Virus record (IMG/VR): IMGVR_UViG_3300021400_000020
Location: 32,964-96,963 of that record
DNA from: a virus
DNA: 64,000 nucleotides
Direction: 5' to 3' (one strand)
The notes under the pieces were generated by a model that made no database searches, was not told the DNA's origin, and worked only from the letters and a program-made list of their open reading frames with translations. This document shows positions 42,287 through 52,163 of the stretch, in pieces. The position numbers and the translations under genes are program-made. Positions within the stretch are counted from its first letter, which is position 1; each line of letters opens with the position of its first letter.

Positions 42287-43780
42287 TTATAAATTAAGTT
42301 TGAATACATTCTTCATGTGGATACTCTCATAGTGACCCTGCACATAGAAATACGTCCAAAAGATTTCACCCATCAACGCAATCATCTCCTTCCGATAATG
42401 ATAGGTTCGCTTCCTCCGACAAAATCCAAGATAGGAATTCACGACCTGCTCAATACGCTTGCAGTCCAGATACGTCAAATCCTTCTTTGCCTCCATCAGA
42501 CGACGGAACCCGATAGCACGCTCCTTGAATCGAGCCAGCGTCCTGTTCGAAAGATACAGTCTGCAAGGCTTGATATAAGTACCGACAAACAACACGCCAT
42601 GACTCACTGGCTGCAAGTATCTCTCTTCGTGCATCTCCAGCTGAAGATGGGTCTTGAGGAACTTTTCCATCTTCACAATCGCACCCTTCAGGAAATCGAG
42701 GTCGTCACACTGACAGACGAAATCATCCACGAACCGCTCGTAGGAGAACGAATGGTGACGGAAAAGGAAAAGCACATACATGTCGAAATACGACATCAAG
42801 AAGTTGGCAAACAACTGAGTCGTGAGATTACCGATAGGCTCACCCTTGGTTTTCTCACAACCAAACAAGGACTTGTTAGGCGATAACCGCTCCCAAAGAT
42901 GCACGGGCGAATTCAGCACACAATTCTCTTCTGGACGATGCAACACAACTGTCTTCGTGGTATGGATAAGCACGTCCCAGAACATCTCTGGCATACGCTG
43001 CATACCAAGACGAACAAGGACATCGGGAGAAACCGACTCGAAGCCCTTGCGCTCCATGCGCTTCCTCCATCGGTTGATGAACCTCTCCATGAAGTACCAC
43101 AAAACCAACTTGTCTATACTCATGAAGAAGCCTACAATATCACCCTTGAATAGCCATGCCTTACGATGATAATGCCCAGTGATACGCTCCATGCCTTCAG
43201 CACAATGTGCAACACATTTGTCTGTACCGAAACCCTTACGGCAATTGAAACTGACATTGCCCTGCGACACAAAACGCTCCTCAAACAACGGCTCTAACCG
43301 TAAGCAAATCCAATGGTGAACAATCCTGTCACGAAAGCTGGCGGCAAACACCTCCCTCGGTTTGGGATAGAGAACCATAAAGCAGGTGGATGTGCCTGGT
43401 TGATATGTCTTGCTCCACAACTCGTATGCCAAGGCGGGAATATCCTCTATGGCTTTAGACATGTACTCGATGGCTTGCTTGGAACGGAACTTGCCGTGCA
43501 TACAGTCTTTGTACGCCGCCCAAACAGAGTCAAGAAAGGCTTGCGGCACGGAGCTATAATCGTGGAACGCTGTGACCGCCCTGACAACATACGAATTATA
43601 CTTGTTGTTGTTGTTCACATTACCATTCTGGAAATTCACGTTGTACGAATTCGTGGTATTGTTCTCGGACGCGGACCAGAAGTTACTGTCTTTTTGCGAT
43701 TCTGCATCTTCGTAGCTAACACATCTTGAGAATGTGTTAGCGAATCGCCCGTTCAACGGATTATAGGATGCTCTAACCAT
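42287..43780 (-). CDS. DGR reverse transcriptase (the ORF as drawn includes the TR in frame)
   Basis: FVDDFV (YxDD box); GEPIGNLTTQLFANF (DGR-type [LIV]GxxxSQ motif with T in place of S); RDRIVHHW. It is adjacent to Avd, TR and VR. The conserved RT N-terminus starts around FLDSVWAAYKDC (near 43540). Confidence 0.9.
   Translation of the reverse strand: MVRASYNPLNGRFANTFSRCVSYEDAESQKDSNFWSASENNTTNSYNVNFQNGNVNNNNKYNSYVVRAVTAFHDYSSVPQAFLDSVWAAYKDCMHGKFRSKQAIEYMSKAIEDIPALAYELWSKTYQPGTSTCFMVLYPKPREVFAASFRDRIVHHWICLRLEPLFEERFVSQGNVSFNCRKGFGTDKCVAHCAEGMERITGHYHRKAWLFKGDIVGFFMSIDKLVLWYFMERFINRWRKRMERKGFESVSPDVLVRLGMQRMPEMFWDVLIHTTKTVVLHRPEENCVLNSPVHLWERLSPNKSLFGCEKTKGEPIGNLTTQLFANFLMSYFDMYVLFLFRHHSFSYERFVDDFVCQCDDLDFLKGAIVKMEKFLKTHLQLEMHEERYLQPVSHGVLFVGTYIKPCRLYLSNRTLARFKERAIGFRRLMEAKKDLTYLDCKRIEQVVNSYLGFCRRKRTYHYRKEMIALMGEIFWTYFYVQGHYESIHMKNVFKLNL
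43565..43689 (-). repeat. DGR template repeat (TR), 125-bp core
   Basis: Aligns to 44306-44430 at a constant offset of 741 nt. There are 11 mismatches, all at + strand T (= A in the - sense) of this copy. It encodes an Asn-rich stretch (NNTTNSYNVNFQNGNVNNNNKY). Confidence 0.9.
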
Positions 43781-43786
43781 AATTGC

Positions 43787-44215
43787 TTATGAATTACCCT
43801 GACCACTGGTATAATCTCGCAACGCTATTGCTTGCGCGACGATGCCCCGTGTCAGCTGCCTTATCTTGTTCTCTGTGTCCTTACTGATATGATTCATCTT
43901 GTGCAAAATCTTGATGTCGTCCTGAACATCTTCAACGAAGATATGGACCATATCAAGATACTCTATCCTCATGGCGGAGTCACGAGTCGCATGTGCCAAT
44001 CCTACACATTTCTTCGCCTCGCTCACAGTCAGCAAGATACTGTCTATGTAGCGAGTGAACTTCCTCGGAACTCGTTCATAAAGACATACCACGAAATACT
44101 TCAAGTTCGCAATGTCACGATAAATCGGCATCTGACGAAGTGTCCTGTGCTGACGCTTCTTCTGCTCACTGTCTTGTATCGTTGCTTGTGGAATGACTAC
44201 ACCATTTGTGCTCAT
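43787..44215 (-). CDS. avd: DGR accessory variability determinant (Avd-like)
   Basis: 142 aa. It sits between the target gene and TR-RT exactly as in canonical DGRs. The basic, helical-looking sequence is consistent with the four-helix-bundle family. The call rests mainly on position and size. Confidence 0.65.
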   Translation of the reverse strand: MSTNGVVIPQATIQDSEQKKRQHRTLRQMPIYRDIANLKYFVVCLYERVPRKFTRYIDSILLTVSEAKKCVGLAHATRDSAMRIEYLDMVHIFVEDVQDDIKILHKMNHISKDTENKIRQLTRGIVAQAIALRDYTSGQGNS

Positions 44216-44248
44216 ATCATTGTTGTTAAATCATTTGTGTATCCTTGG

Positions 44249-44270
44249 GCGACGGCTTGAATGCCGTCGC
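44249..44270. promoter_or_regulatory. GC-rich hairpin between the target stop and the avd start
   Basis: GCGACGGC [TTGAAT] GCCGTCGC, an 8-bp perfect stem about 36 nt 3' of the VR end in coding sense. Confidence 0.6.
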
Positions 44271-44290
44271 TATAAGTAAAAAGTGACACG

Positions 44291-47200
44291 CTAAAGCGTG
44301 TAGGTGAACGCTGTGACCGCCCTGACAACATACGAATTATACTTGAGGTTGCTGCCCACACTACCATTCTGGAAACCCACGTTGTACGAATACGCGGTAT
44401 TGTACTCGGACGCGGACCAGAAGTTACTGTTACCCCACCAAGTAAATATTGAAGAGGTCTCTCCTGCATCCTCCAATCTTTTCAGAATGTTCGCCATCAG
44501 TGGATAATCAACATCTTGAACTCCTTCTTGGGCTTCATTCGCGTATTGCGCACTAATAGTACCACCACTTACCTTATTACGGGAAGCATGGTACATACCG
44601 TAAATCTTGTTGACCATACCACAGGCAGGAAGCATCCAATTTTCTCGCGCATAGCGAGCGTCCAATACTTCACCTTCTTTAACAGCTGGTTCATACAACT
44701 TGCATGCGTATGCAGCAGGATAGAACAACTGATAGAATCTTGTCGAGTTTGTTGTACCTAACGCGTTTTGCAAATAGCTCAAAGCCACCATCATATCTGC
44801 AAGCTCTGTTCTATTATTAGGGCGAGAGTTTGACGAAGATCGTTCTTTTGCCCACCGCATCAACCCGTATTGCGATGGTGTTAGCAAACTCCATGACGAA
44901 GTGTCGAATGTCCCAGTAGTTGATACTGCCTTGCACATATACAAAGCACTACTATAGCGAACGACATTTCCACTCGCGTAAGTATTTTCAGTATTATAAG
45001 CAGGTGGCGTTTCTGGTAAATCATAATTTCCCCAGACATAACGAATCCAACCTGAAAGGATTTCGTTTGCTCGATCAACCATAGCCGCGGACTTTACTGC
45101 AGTAGAGAAGTCACCCGAACCACTACCAGTCGTTGCAAAAGAATGAAGAGTTACATTTCTACTATGTTCTCGGATTGCAGCTTGAATATCAGAGTTAAAG
45201 CCATTAGCATCAGTTGATGGATAAATACCCCACGGTAATGAAGCAGTGTTGTTGATAGTACCATCAGAACTTTTTAGGTTGGCATTCTCTTTCGCAACAA
45301 CATCGATAGTTCGTGTTGAACCAGCACCACCACTACCAGAAACCCGAACAACAAAGCCAACAACCGTTTTATCGTATCGGTACTCATCATCAAACGTACC
45401 GTCCGCAAAGGCGAAGTCGCCTCTTTGTGGCTTGCGGTTGAAGAAACCAATATTCCAATAAGCACTAATCGTAGTGTCATTCAGCAGCTCAGCAGTCACC
45501 TTCAGACGATAGCGGGTCGTGTCTCCAGAAGCAGCCAAACGAATGACATTGGCAATACCTGCAACATCGTCAACAAACTGCATATAGGAAGAGGCATCAA
45601 GGTCTTCCACCTCATTTCCACCGCTATCTGTCTTGACAAATCGCCACTGCAACACAGGCTTTCCATCCACAAACTTCAGATTGTTTCCTGCATCGGTAGC
45701 AACACCAAACTGAGTCTGACCTAAAGCAGTAAAATACTTCTGACCTGTGATAGACAAACGCTCAATCAGCACAGGCACATAATCGATATACAAATCATTC
45801 GACTCGCTCCGAATATTGCCATACTTGCCAAACAGATACGTCAAGTCAGACAACGAGAGATTGGCAGCCGTGTGCATCGTAATCCTACCCGTCAAAGTAC
45901 AAGACTCTAACGACGTAATCCACATCAGGAAGTCACGACGTACCGACTCCCAGAGAATATTGGTCAAGGTCAGCACCTCCAACGGAGCATTCTCTTCATG
46001 GCATTGCTCTACCAACGCACGTCCCAGACTACCTACACCGCGCAAAATCAAAGTTCTCAACTCATACGTGTGTATGACTCTGAGCGTCGTGAGGTTAGGC
46101 AAGTTGTTCAGTGTCAGATTAACCAAGCGACTGCCCAGCTCCACACTCGTCATCAGCAAACTGGATGGTAACTGAATGCCGACGATACCACCCGAAACAT
46201 TGCCGTTGCCGTCATCAATGCCGTCGCAGCCCATCGTATTGACACTACGCAAGCGAATGCAGTTCGACAAGTTCAACGTGCCACCAATCCCTGCACTACC
46301 CTCCAAGTCAAGATGCTCTATCAACGGACAGTTAAGCACAATCTCAGACGGCTTGAAAGCAGGGTTCGACGGACTCGACGGATTGGAAACGAACTCAGTC
46401 AAATGCTGAGCGGTTAGCGTGAATCGGGAAGCGGAACTGATATGAAGGTCGCCCACATTACCAAAGGAACGATAGTAATTGGCAGCGTAAAGGGCAATAG
46501 CGGTATCGACACCATCAACAGGAGAACCACCCGTCATGTCAAAGACAACAGGAACACCTGGCTTGCATCTCTGACGCATGGAGATATTCGTCTGTCCAAT
46601 ACGACCGCATGGATAGATATACTGATGCGGAACCAAACCATTGAACACAATAAGATCTCCACCGTTCAAACCAAATACGTTCTCAAGGTCTGAAAAACCG
46701 ACATTTCCAGACGACAGGCTGAAATCACCCCATTCGGCATAACTCGCCAGCAATACCAACCTGCGCTTCATGTACTGCACCTCCGCTTCTAATTGGTCAC
46801 CCATCGACTGCGTGATAGGGTCAACACCTCGCTCGGAAATGAAATGGACGGAAGCAGGGTATTCATAGCGAATACGGGCAGCCTCGTTATAGGCAACGGC
46901 AGGAATGTATTGCTGAATCTTGAAGAAGTATTTCCACATGCAACCCCACGGCGTAGTCTTCTGATTGTTGCTCAATGGCAAATCATCCGACACACTAACA
47001 AGCCCGCTCATGGTGGTAAAGATACGCTGGAACATACTGCGCAACTCGCCATTGCCCTCATACAACTCTTCTGTCAAATTGAAAAGCACATTGGCATTAC
47101 CACGATAGAGACTTTCAGTCGAGCCTTCAGCGCAAGGATGCAGACGGTCGATATAGTACGGCTTGGTCTGGAAACCGCTATTATCAGTTTTGAAAATAGT

Positions 47201-50200
47201 ATCTTGGTCGTCCTGATGCAACTCCCACTTCCACGTCCACGTACTCTTGTCAGCAGAAGCATCACCATACGGAACAAGGCAATAGTAAGTATTCTTCGAA
47301 CAGTTATCAGAACCGCAAATCATCCAGTTCGTGAAGCAATAATGGAACTTCAGACTATCTACATTGATGATATTGCCAATCTTACTACGAGCATCTTCAA
47401 CAACAGCTGCAATAAAACCTGCATTCATCGCCTCGAAATTACCAGGATGACTGACATAGGCATTGCGATAGATACTACCAACAGCGGTCAAGTCACATTC
47501 CTCCACAACTTCATTGGTTTCATCCCAACCATAATCAACCCACTTGCCTTCAAAGAAGTCATAGCGCATCAACTTGTAAGAACCTGCGCCTTCTGTCCAC
47601 CAATAAAGGTAGTTGACATCATTGGCAGCTGCACTCGCCTCGAACTGCGTCTTCGTACCAGAAAAATATTTGATACGAGGGTTGTGCTTATAAAGGAAAT
47701 TGACAAACTGCTTGATGTGGTTCAGAATCGTAGAAGAAGGTACTTCTACCTCATTACCATCAATCGTGATTGTCTGAGCGACGAACTTGTCAAGGTCAAG
47801 ACTGGTATAGCCATTATAGATAAAGCCAGCAGCTTCTCCATCTTCTATCTCGTAACTGATTCTGTCACTCTGCCAAGGCACACGGAAATCGGTCAAAGGA
47901 AGGTCGTTATCGGCTCCTTCCAACATCACGAAATTAGGATGCTTCTTCTTGTTGAATCCCCAAGTACCGTCGTCCATCTTGCCAGGACCGAAAGTACAAG
48001 GTCCTTGATAAACAGCGGTGTCACCTTCTTGCAAGAAATACAAGAACACATTCTGACACTTCGCCACACGTGCGCCAGCGGTCTGCACCTGCATCACATT
48101 CCTTCCGACGATGGCTTGATGCAAATCGTTGTAGAGGTTACAAGCACCCATCAGGTGACTCTGCATCGAGGATGCATAGTTGATTTTTGCGACGAGCTTT
48201 TGAGCGTATGGCACACCGTTCATCAACTTATACTGAGGACCACGATACATACCATTGCCATCAACCCAGCCGTCAGGGACAAAGGCATAGCCATTCCTTG
48301 CAGTAGATGGCGTGAAGTCACTGTAGTCTGGATGAATCTTCGTAATTTCCACCCAGATACCATGCGGACAAAGCTCAGCGGTCTGCTCCAGCGTCACAGT
48401 CTCTGCGTCAAGCCCGTTCTTCGAAAGTTCCTTATCGTAAGCCTTCGCCACGTCCTTCAACTTGCTTTGCAGATTCCAATAGTAGTAAGTCTTGGCTGTG
48501 GAACCCTGACCTGTCTGCTCAACCGAAGCGGTTTCCCTACAAAGACTTCCGCTATAGTCTAACAACTCGTTACCATTGTCGTCGTATTGATGGATTTCCC
48601 ACCAACCCGTTTTGGTAGCAGTGTCACCCTTTCGTATCTGACCACCAGCACAGTGCCATATCAGACAGTTCTTCTTCCTCTCCTGACACTTGGTAAGACT
48701 AATCAAGCCTGTATTGCCAAGAAGGTCGTTCTCATCTCGCACACTGACCTTCTGAGCCGCCGTAGGCATCGTACTTCGATAGTTCTGCAAGATGTCGGCT
48801 GAATCAAGGGCTTGGTTCTTATACACACGCAAAGCAAAGATGTCAATATCAGCACCAGCCTGACCTATCACAATGGATGAACCACGACTATACCATGTGC
48901 CGGCAGTGTCCTTGTCAAAAATGAACTCACGATTGATACAACCATTGATAAAAACACGACACAAGGCAAGCGTACTGGCATTATTGTCGGTCGATGCTCG
49001 CAAAGCGGAAACGATATTGATAACGACATGAGTGCGCTCACCTTCCTGCCAAGAGAAATTCTGCTCCAGCTCGGTACGGTTCGATGAAGTCCAGACACTA
49101 CCCTCCAATGGGCGCATCTTCAAACCGATAAAGCCGTCACCGTATCCTTCGCACGCCTGAAAAACAGGGTCGTCCTCATTAGTGACATTCCGAACCTTGA
49201 AATCCAACTCCAACGTGACATTGGCAGCGGCATTGTTGGCGAAAGGACTCAACCAGTCATAGTTAATAGTCAGTAACTGACCAGCAAGCACACGAAGGAC
49301 ACGCTGATTATCTTCATCCTGAACCCAAGCGTCGTTGATAGCTCCGAAATTTGACCATGTGGATGGAACAAGGACATTGCCAACGGCATTCACAATGGAA
49401 AGTGGCGTACCCTCGGCATTACTTCGAGTCGAAGGATTCAAATAGAAGTCTGCACCATTCGTAGGAGCGAAGTTCTCCTTGTTGTCAACAGTTATCACTT
49501 CACCGCTGGCGAAAGTATAAGTCGTTCCTCGGTCAATGATATAGGCATAGAAATAGGCATAAAGGGTTAAGTCGGTGCTCTCAATACCCACACTACCATT
49601 CAAGTGATAAGGAGTACCAGGAGTTGCCAAGACTTCCATATTCAGATAGTCCTGAGTCTGCGAATTGTTGCGGATGGCGAAACTGACAGCGATGGAATCC
49701 CTACCAGGCGCATAGACAGCGTAGGAACAAATCTCGGTCTGCACGTAGTTCTCCGTCGTCTTGATGAGATTCTGGATGAGCAAGCGAGGAGTGTCCGTCA
49801 CATTACTGGTCACAACCATCAACTGATTGATGACATGATCCGTAGAGTTCACGTCTTCTTGCGTACCGTCGGAATAGGTCAGCCATGCCTCAATCGTGAT
49901 GATACCACCCGACAAGAAACCATAATATTGGGAAGCATCAGCAACGGTGTCTGTGTCCTTCCAAGTGGAAAGATAATTGGTATATTCATTCGCACCAATG
50001 GAAAAGACATGCTCGTACTCACGGGTTCCGCCTGTAATCCTGACATGTAACTTTCTCGCTACACTTCCCTTGAGGTGATAATTGAGAGGAATCACAGTCG
50101 GATTCGTCAGAGGCGCATTGTAGTCACCTGCAAATTCCAAACCCACCTCAGTATAGGTGACGGATGAGAAGGTGACATAACCCTGTGTGTTCATGGTTTG

Positions 50201-50731
50201 CATGTTGCCAGTCATATCCTCATAGTCAAAAGCAGCACGCAACTGCACGACAACAGTTTCATCTTGCTTCAGATACGGTCCGATATTAACAGGATAATAG
50301 GAACTTGGATGCTCGTCATACTCCAACGAAGGAACATCTAAAACAGCCTTGTCCTCACCATTGACCCTGACCGTCAAACGTCCATTGGCACCGTAGTTAC
50401 GAGGAACGACTCCATCCATGTAGGCACCAGTGAACCTGACTCCAATCCAACAGTCCTTGGAGCTGACAACAATCGGGAGAGTAGGGTCTTGCTCCACCAT
50501 CAAGTAAGCCTTGTATTCAGCACCTGACAAGTCAATGGTCAGACGAACCGTTCCTTCCGGATCTGGAGTCTGTGGCGTATTTCCATTCAAGGAAATGCCC
50601 ATGACACTGTTCTGATTCTGCCTAACAGCACGGACCAACCTAACAAACTCTTGAGCTGTTAGCTTACCCTCTGGGTCGTCAGGATGATTGTCGATTTTCG
50701 ACAACAAGTCTGAAATATCTTCTTTCGCCAT
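44291..50731 (-). CDS. DGR target protein: giant tail-fibre / receptor-binding-like protein (2146 aa) with a C-terminal variable domain
   Basis: An uninterrupted 6.4-kb ORF within the virion block. The C-terminus ...WWGNSNFWSASEYNTAYSYNVGFQNGSVGSNLKYNSYVVRAVTAFTYTL carries the VR and resembles DUF1566 / C-type-lectin-fold DGR variable regions. Confidence 0.85.
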   Translation of the reverse strand: MAKEDISDLLSKIDNHPDDPEGKLTAQEFVRLVRAVRQNQNSVMGISLNGNTPQTPDPEGTVRLTIDLSGAEYKAYLMVEQDPTLPIVVSSKDCWIGVRFTGAYMDGVVPRNYGANGRLTVRVNGEDKAVLDVPSLEYDEHPSSYYPVNIGPYLKQDETVVVQLRAAFDYEDMTGNMQTMNTQGYVTFSSVTYTEVGLEFAGDYNAPLTNPTVIPLNYHLKGSVARKLHVRITGGTREYEHVFSIGANEYTNYLSTWKDTDTVADASQYYGFLSGGIITIEAWLTYSDGTQEDVNSTDHVINQLMVVTSNVTDTPRLLIQNLIKTTENYVQTEICSYAVYAPGRDSIAVSFAIRNNSQTQDYLNMEVLATPGTPYHLNGSVGIESTDLTLYAYFYAYIIDRGTTYTFASGEVITVDNKENFAPTNGADFYLNPSTRSNAEGTPLSIVNAVGNVLVPSTWSNFGAINDAWVQDEDNQRVLRVLAGQLLTINYDWLSPFANNAAANVTLELDFKVRNVTNEDDPVFQACEGYGDGFIGLKMRPLEGSVWTSSNRTELEQNFSWQEGERTHVVINIVSALRASTDNNASTLALCRVFINGCINREFIFDKDTAGTWYSRGSSIVIGQAGADIDIFALRVYKNQALDSADILQNYRSTMPTAAQKVSVRDENDLLGNTGLISLTKCQERKKNCLIWHCAGGQIRKGDTATKTGWWEIHQYDDNGNELLDYSGSLCRETASVEQTGQGSTAKTYYYWNLQSKLKDVAKAYDKELSKNGLDAETVTLEQTAELCPHGIWVEITKIHPDYSDFTPSTARNGYAFVPDGWVDGNGMYRGPQYKLMNGVPYAQKLVAKINYASSMQSHLMGACNLYNDLHQAIVGRNVMQVQTAGARVAKCQNVFLYFLQEGDTAVYQGPCTFGPGKMDDGTWGFNKKKHPNFVMLEGADNDLPLTDFRVPWQSDRISYEIEDGEAAGFIYNGYTSLDLDKFVAQTITIDGNEVEVPSSTILNHIKQFVNFLYKHNPRIKYFSGTKTQFEASAAANDVNYLYWWTEGAGSYKLMRYDFFEGKWVDYGWDETNEVVEECDLTAVGSIYRNAYVSHPGNFEAMNAGFIAAVVEDARSKIGNIINVDSLKFHYCFTNWMICGSDNCSKNTYYCLVPYGDASADKSTWTWKWELHQDDQDTIFKTDNSGFQTKPYYIDRLHPCAEGSTESLYRGNANVLFNLTEELYEGNGELRSMFQRIFTTMSGLVSVSDDLPLSNNQKTTPWGCMWKYFFKIQQYIPAVAYNEAARIRYEYPASVHFISERGVDPITQSMGDQLEAEVQYMKRRLVLLASYAEWGDFSLSSGNVGFSDLENVFGLNGGDLIVFNGLVPHQYIYPCGRIGQTNISMRQRCKPGVPVVFDMTGGSPVDGVDTAIALYAANYYRSFGNVGDLHISSASRFTLTAQHLTEFVSNPSSPSNPAFKPSEIVLNCPLIEHLDLEGSAGIGGTLNLSNCIRLRSVNTMGCDGIDDGNGNVSGGIVGIQLPSSLLMTSVELGSRLVNLTLNNLPNLTTLRVIHTYELRTLILRGVGSLGRALVEQCHEENAPLEVLTLTNILWESVRRDFLMWITSLESCTLTGRITMHTAANLSLSDLTYLFGKYGNIRSESNDLYIDYVPVLIERLSITGQKYFTALGQTQFGVATDAGNNLKFVDGKPVLQWRFVKTDSGGNEVEDLDASSYMQFVDDVAGIANVIRLAASGDTTRYRLKVTAELLNDTTISAYWNIGFFNRKPQRGDFAFADGTFDDEYRYDKTVVGFVVRVSGSGGAGSTRTIDVVAKENANLKSSDGTINNTASLPWGIYPSTDANGFNSDIQAAIREHSRNVTLHSFATTGSGSGDFSTAVKSAAMVDRANEILSGWIRYVWGNYDLPETPPAYNTENTYASGNVVRYSSALYMCKAVSTTGTFDTSSWSLLTPSQYGLMRWAKERSSSNSRPNNRTELADMMVALSYLQNALGTTNSTRFYQLFYPAAYACKLYEPAVKEGEVLDARYARENWMLPACGMVNKIYGMYHASRNKVSGGTISAQYANEAQEGVQDVDYPLMANILKRLEDAGETSSIFTWWGNSNFWSASEYNTAYSYNVGFQNGSVGSNLKYNSYVVRAVTAFTYTL
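44306..44430 (-). repeat. DGR variable repeat (VR)
   Basis: Partner of the TR. It differs only at TR-adenine positions, in 8 codons. The 3' 40 nt (coding sense, 44306-44345) are identical to the TR and are GC-rich, as expected for an IMH. Confidence 0.9.
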
Positions 50732-50749
50732 AATTGTGTATTTTTGAAA

Positions 50750-51190
50750 TTAAAATGTAAACGGAAAAGTATAAGGGAACCCGACGCTTCCCGTTTCTCC
50801 ACGAGATGCAATCAAAGTCGAACCTAAGTAAATCCTCTGCAAGACACCGACATTATTCGTAACAGCATACCAGCTCGCAGGGTTTTTCTCGGTCAACGCA
50901 GAGAACTCGGATTCTGTCAAACGAATAACGCCACCACCCGAAGGGGACGAAGAGGAAGAAACCTCCTCCACCCACTCGCCACCAAGCCAACGATAAGTCT
51001 TCTGCTCGGCAACGACATAACAGGTACAGCCCTCCGTCAGTCGCTCAATAGGGATATTGTCTCGGTCAGCCAGTGTGGAGACTTCCTTGGAACCACCCTT
51101 GCCATAGAGACTGCTATGTGTCGGAAACCTGTCCTCTGTCGTAAACGGCGCAATCATCGCCGCTACATTTGTTCCTGGAATATTTGCCAT
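50750..51190 (-). CDS. small fibre-module protein (146 aa)
   Basis: TLADRDNIPIERLTEGCTCYVVAEQKTYRWLGGEW resembles the RDxIPxxxRxxGMxVxV...YxLxGG motif common at tail-fibre N-termini. Confidence 0.45.
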   Translation of the reverse strand: MANIPGTNVAAMIAPFTTEDRFPTHSSLYGKGGSKEVSTLADRDNIPIERLTEGCTCYVVAEQKTYRWLGGEWVEEVSSSSSPSGGGVIRLTESEFSALTEKNPASWYAVTNNVGVLQRIYLGSTLIASRGETGSVGFPYTFPFTF

Positions 51191-51191
51191 A

Positions 51192-52151
51192 CTACTTCAC
51201 TTGTAATGAAATTGAACTTCCTGTCTGAATATTACGCAAACGGTAAATGGTGTAGTTGGTCTGATTACCTGAACTATTGGTGACATCCATCGTACTCACC
51301 TCCCAGTCTGAGTTGGAGAATCCTCCTACACGAAAATCCGGCAAGGAAGCAGGAGCTTTACTCGTAGGGATGATATAATAGATATACTTACCACCCGAAC
51401 AGTTCATGCTTACTTCACCCATCGTATAACTATCTGCCCAAGCCTTCTGAAACGAGAGTATGTCGCTATTCGACAACGATGTCTTGGTACTCGTGCCATA
51501 ATACTTCCTGAGCTTAAACAACACGGACACACTCTTGCTGAAGGACTTGCCCTTATACACTGCAACCAGCGTATAGGTCCTGTCACTGTTGACTGCCATA
51601 TAGGTGAGCCTGCGCGTATTCGAAGGAGTTATATCAACACCATTGATTTTCTGAGAATCGATTTCCTCAAAGGCGTAAGTCCAAGTCAATGTGATGTTCT
51701 GCGAAGAACCCAGTTCGTAAGTACCACCACCCGTAAAAGTCTTGATAGAGAACGGAAACAGGGCATCATACAACTCCTGTAATTGATCATCAACGGTGGG
51801 CTTCCACGAAACAAGCGCCTCAATCTGAGCAAGCAAAGCGGGGTCTATATCTGCAGACTCACCACCGCCGCCACTACTACCACCTCCTCCAGTGCCAATC
51901 TTTTTCTTTGCAGCAGCCCAACCAGCAGCAGCTTCATGGGCAGCATCAACGGCGGACTGGGCATTAGCAACCGCCGCGTCAAGATATGCCACAATCATGC
52001 GAAATGGAACACTGACAAGTATCTGACGCTCTTCATCAACAGCAGGAAGCGACTTGATATGCTCAAGAGACGTCGCCTCTTCAAGGGAGTTGACATCACG
52101 CGCCTGCGTGAGAAGACGCTGAATCAGTTCCAAAAATTCTGCATTAGTCAT
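51192..52151 (-). CDS. hypothetical virion protein (319 aa) with a Gly-rich linker
   Basis: Helical N-terminus, a GTGGGGSSGGGGES linker and a beta-rich C-terminus. The stop abuts the next ATG. Confidence 0.55.
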   Translation of the reverse strand: MTNAEFLELIQRLLTQARDVNSLEEATSLEHIKSLPAVDEERQILVSVPFRMIVAYLDAAVANAQSAVDAAHEAAAGWAAAKKKIGTGGGGSSGGGGESADIDPALLAQIEALVSWKPTVDDQLQELYDALFPFSIKTFTGGGTYELGSSQNITLTWTYAFEEIDSQKINGVDITPSNTRRLTYMAVNSDRTYTLVAVYKGKSFSKSVSVLFKLRKYYGTSTKTSLSNSDILSFQKAWADSYTMGEVSMNCSGGKYIYYIIPTSKAPASLPDFRVGGFSNSDWEVSTMDVTNSSGNQTNYTIYRLRNIQTGSSISLQVK

Positions 52152-52163
52152 AATCGGTCTTTT

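Noticed and set aside
42287-43780. The RT as a retron, group II intron or Abi-type defence RT.
   Set aside because: The adjacent TR/VR pair has adenine-only differences, an Avd-like ORF is present, and the RT has the DGR-type IGNLTTQ motif. No msr/msd-like inverted repeats or intron domains were seen.
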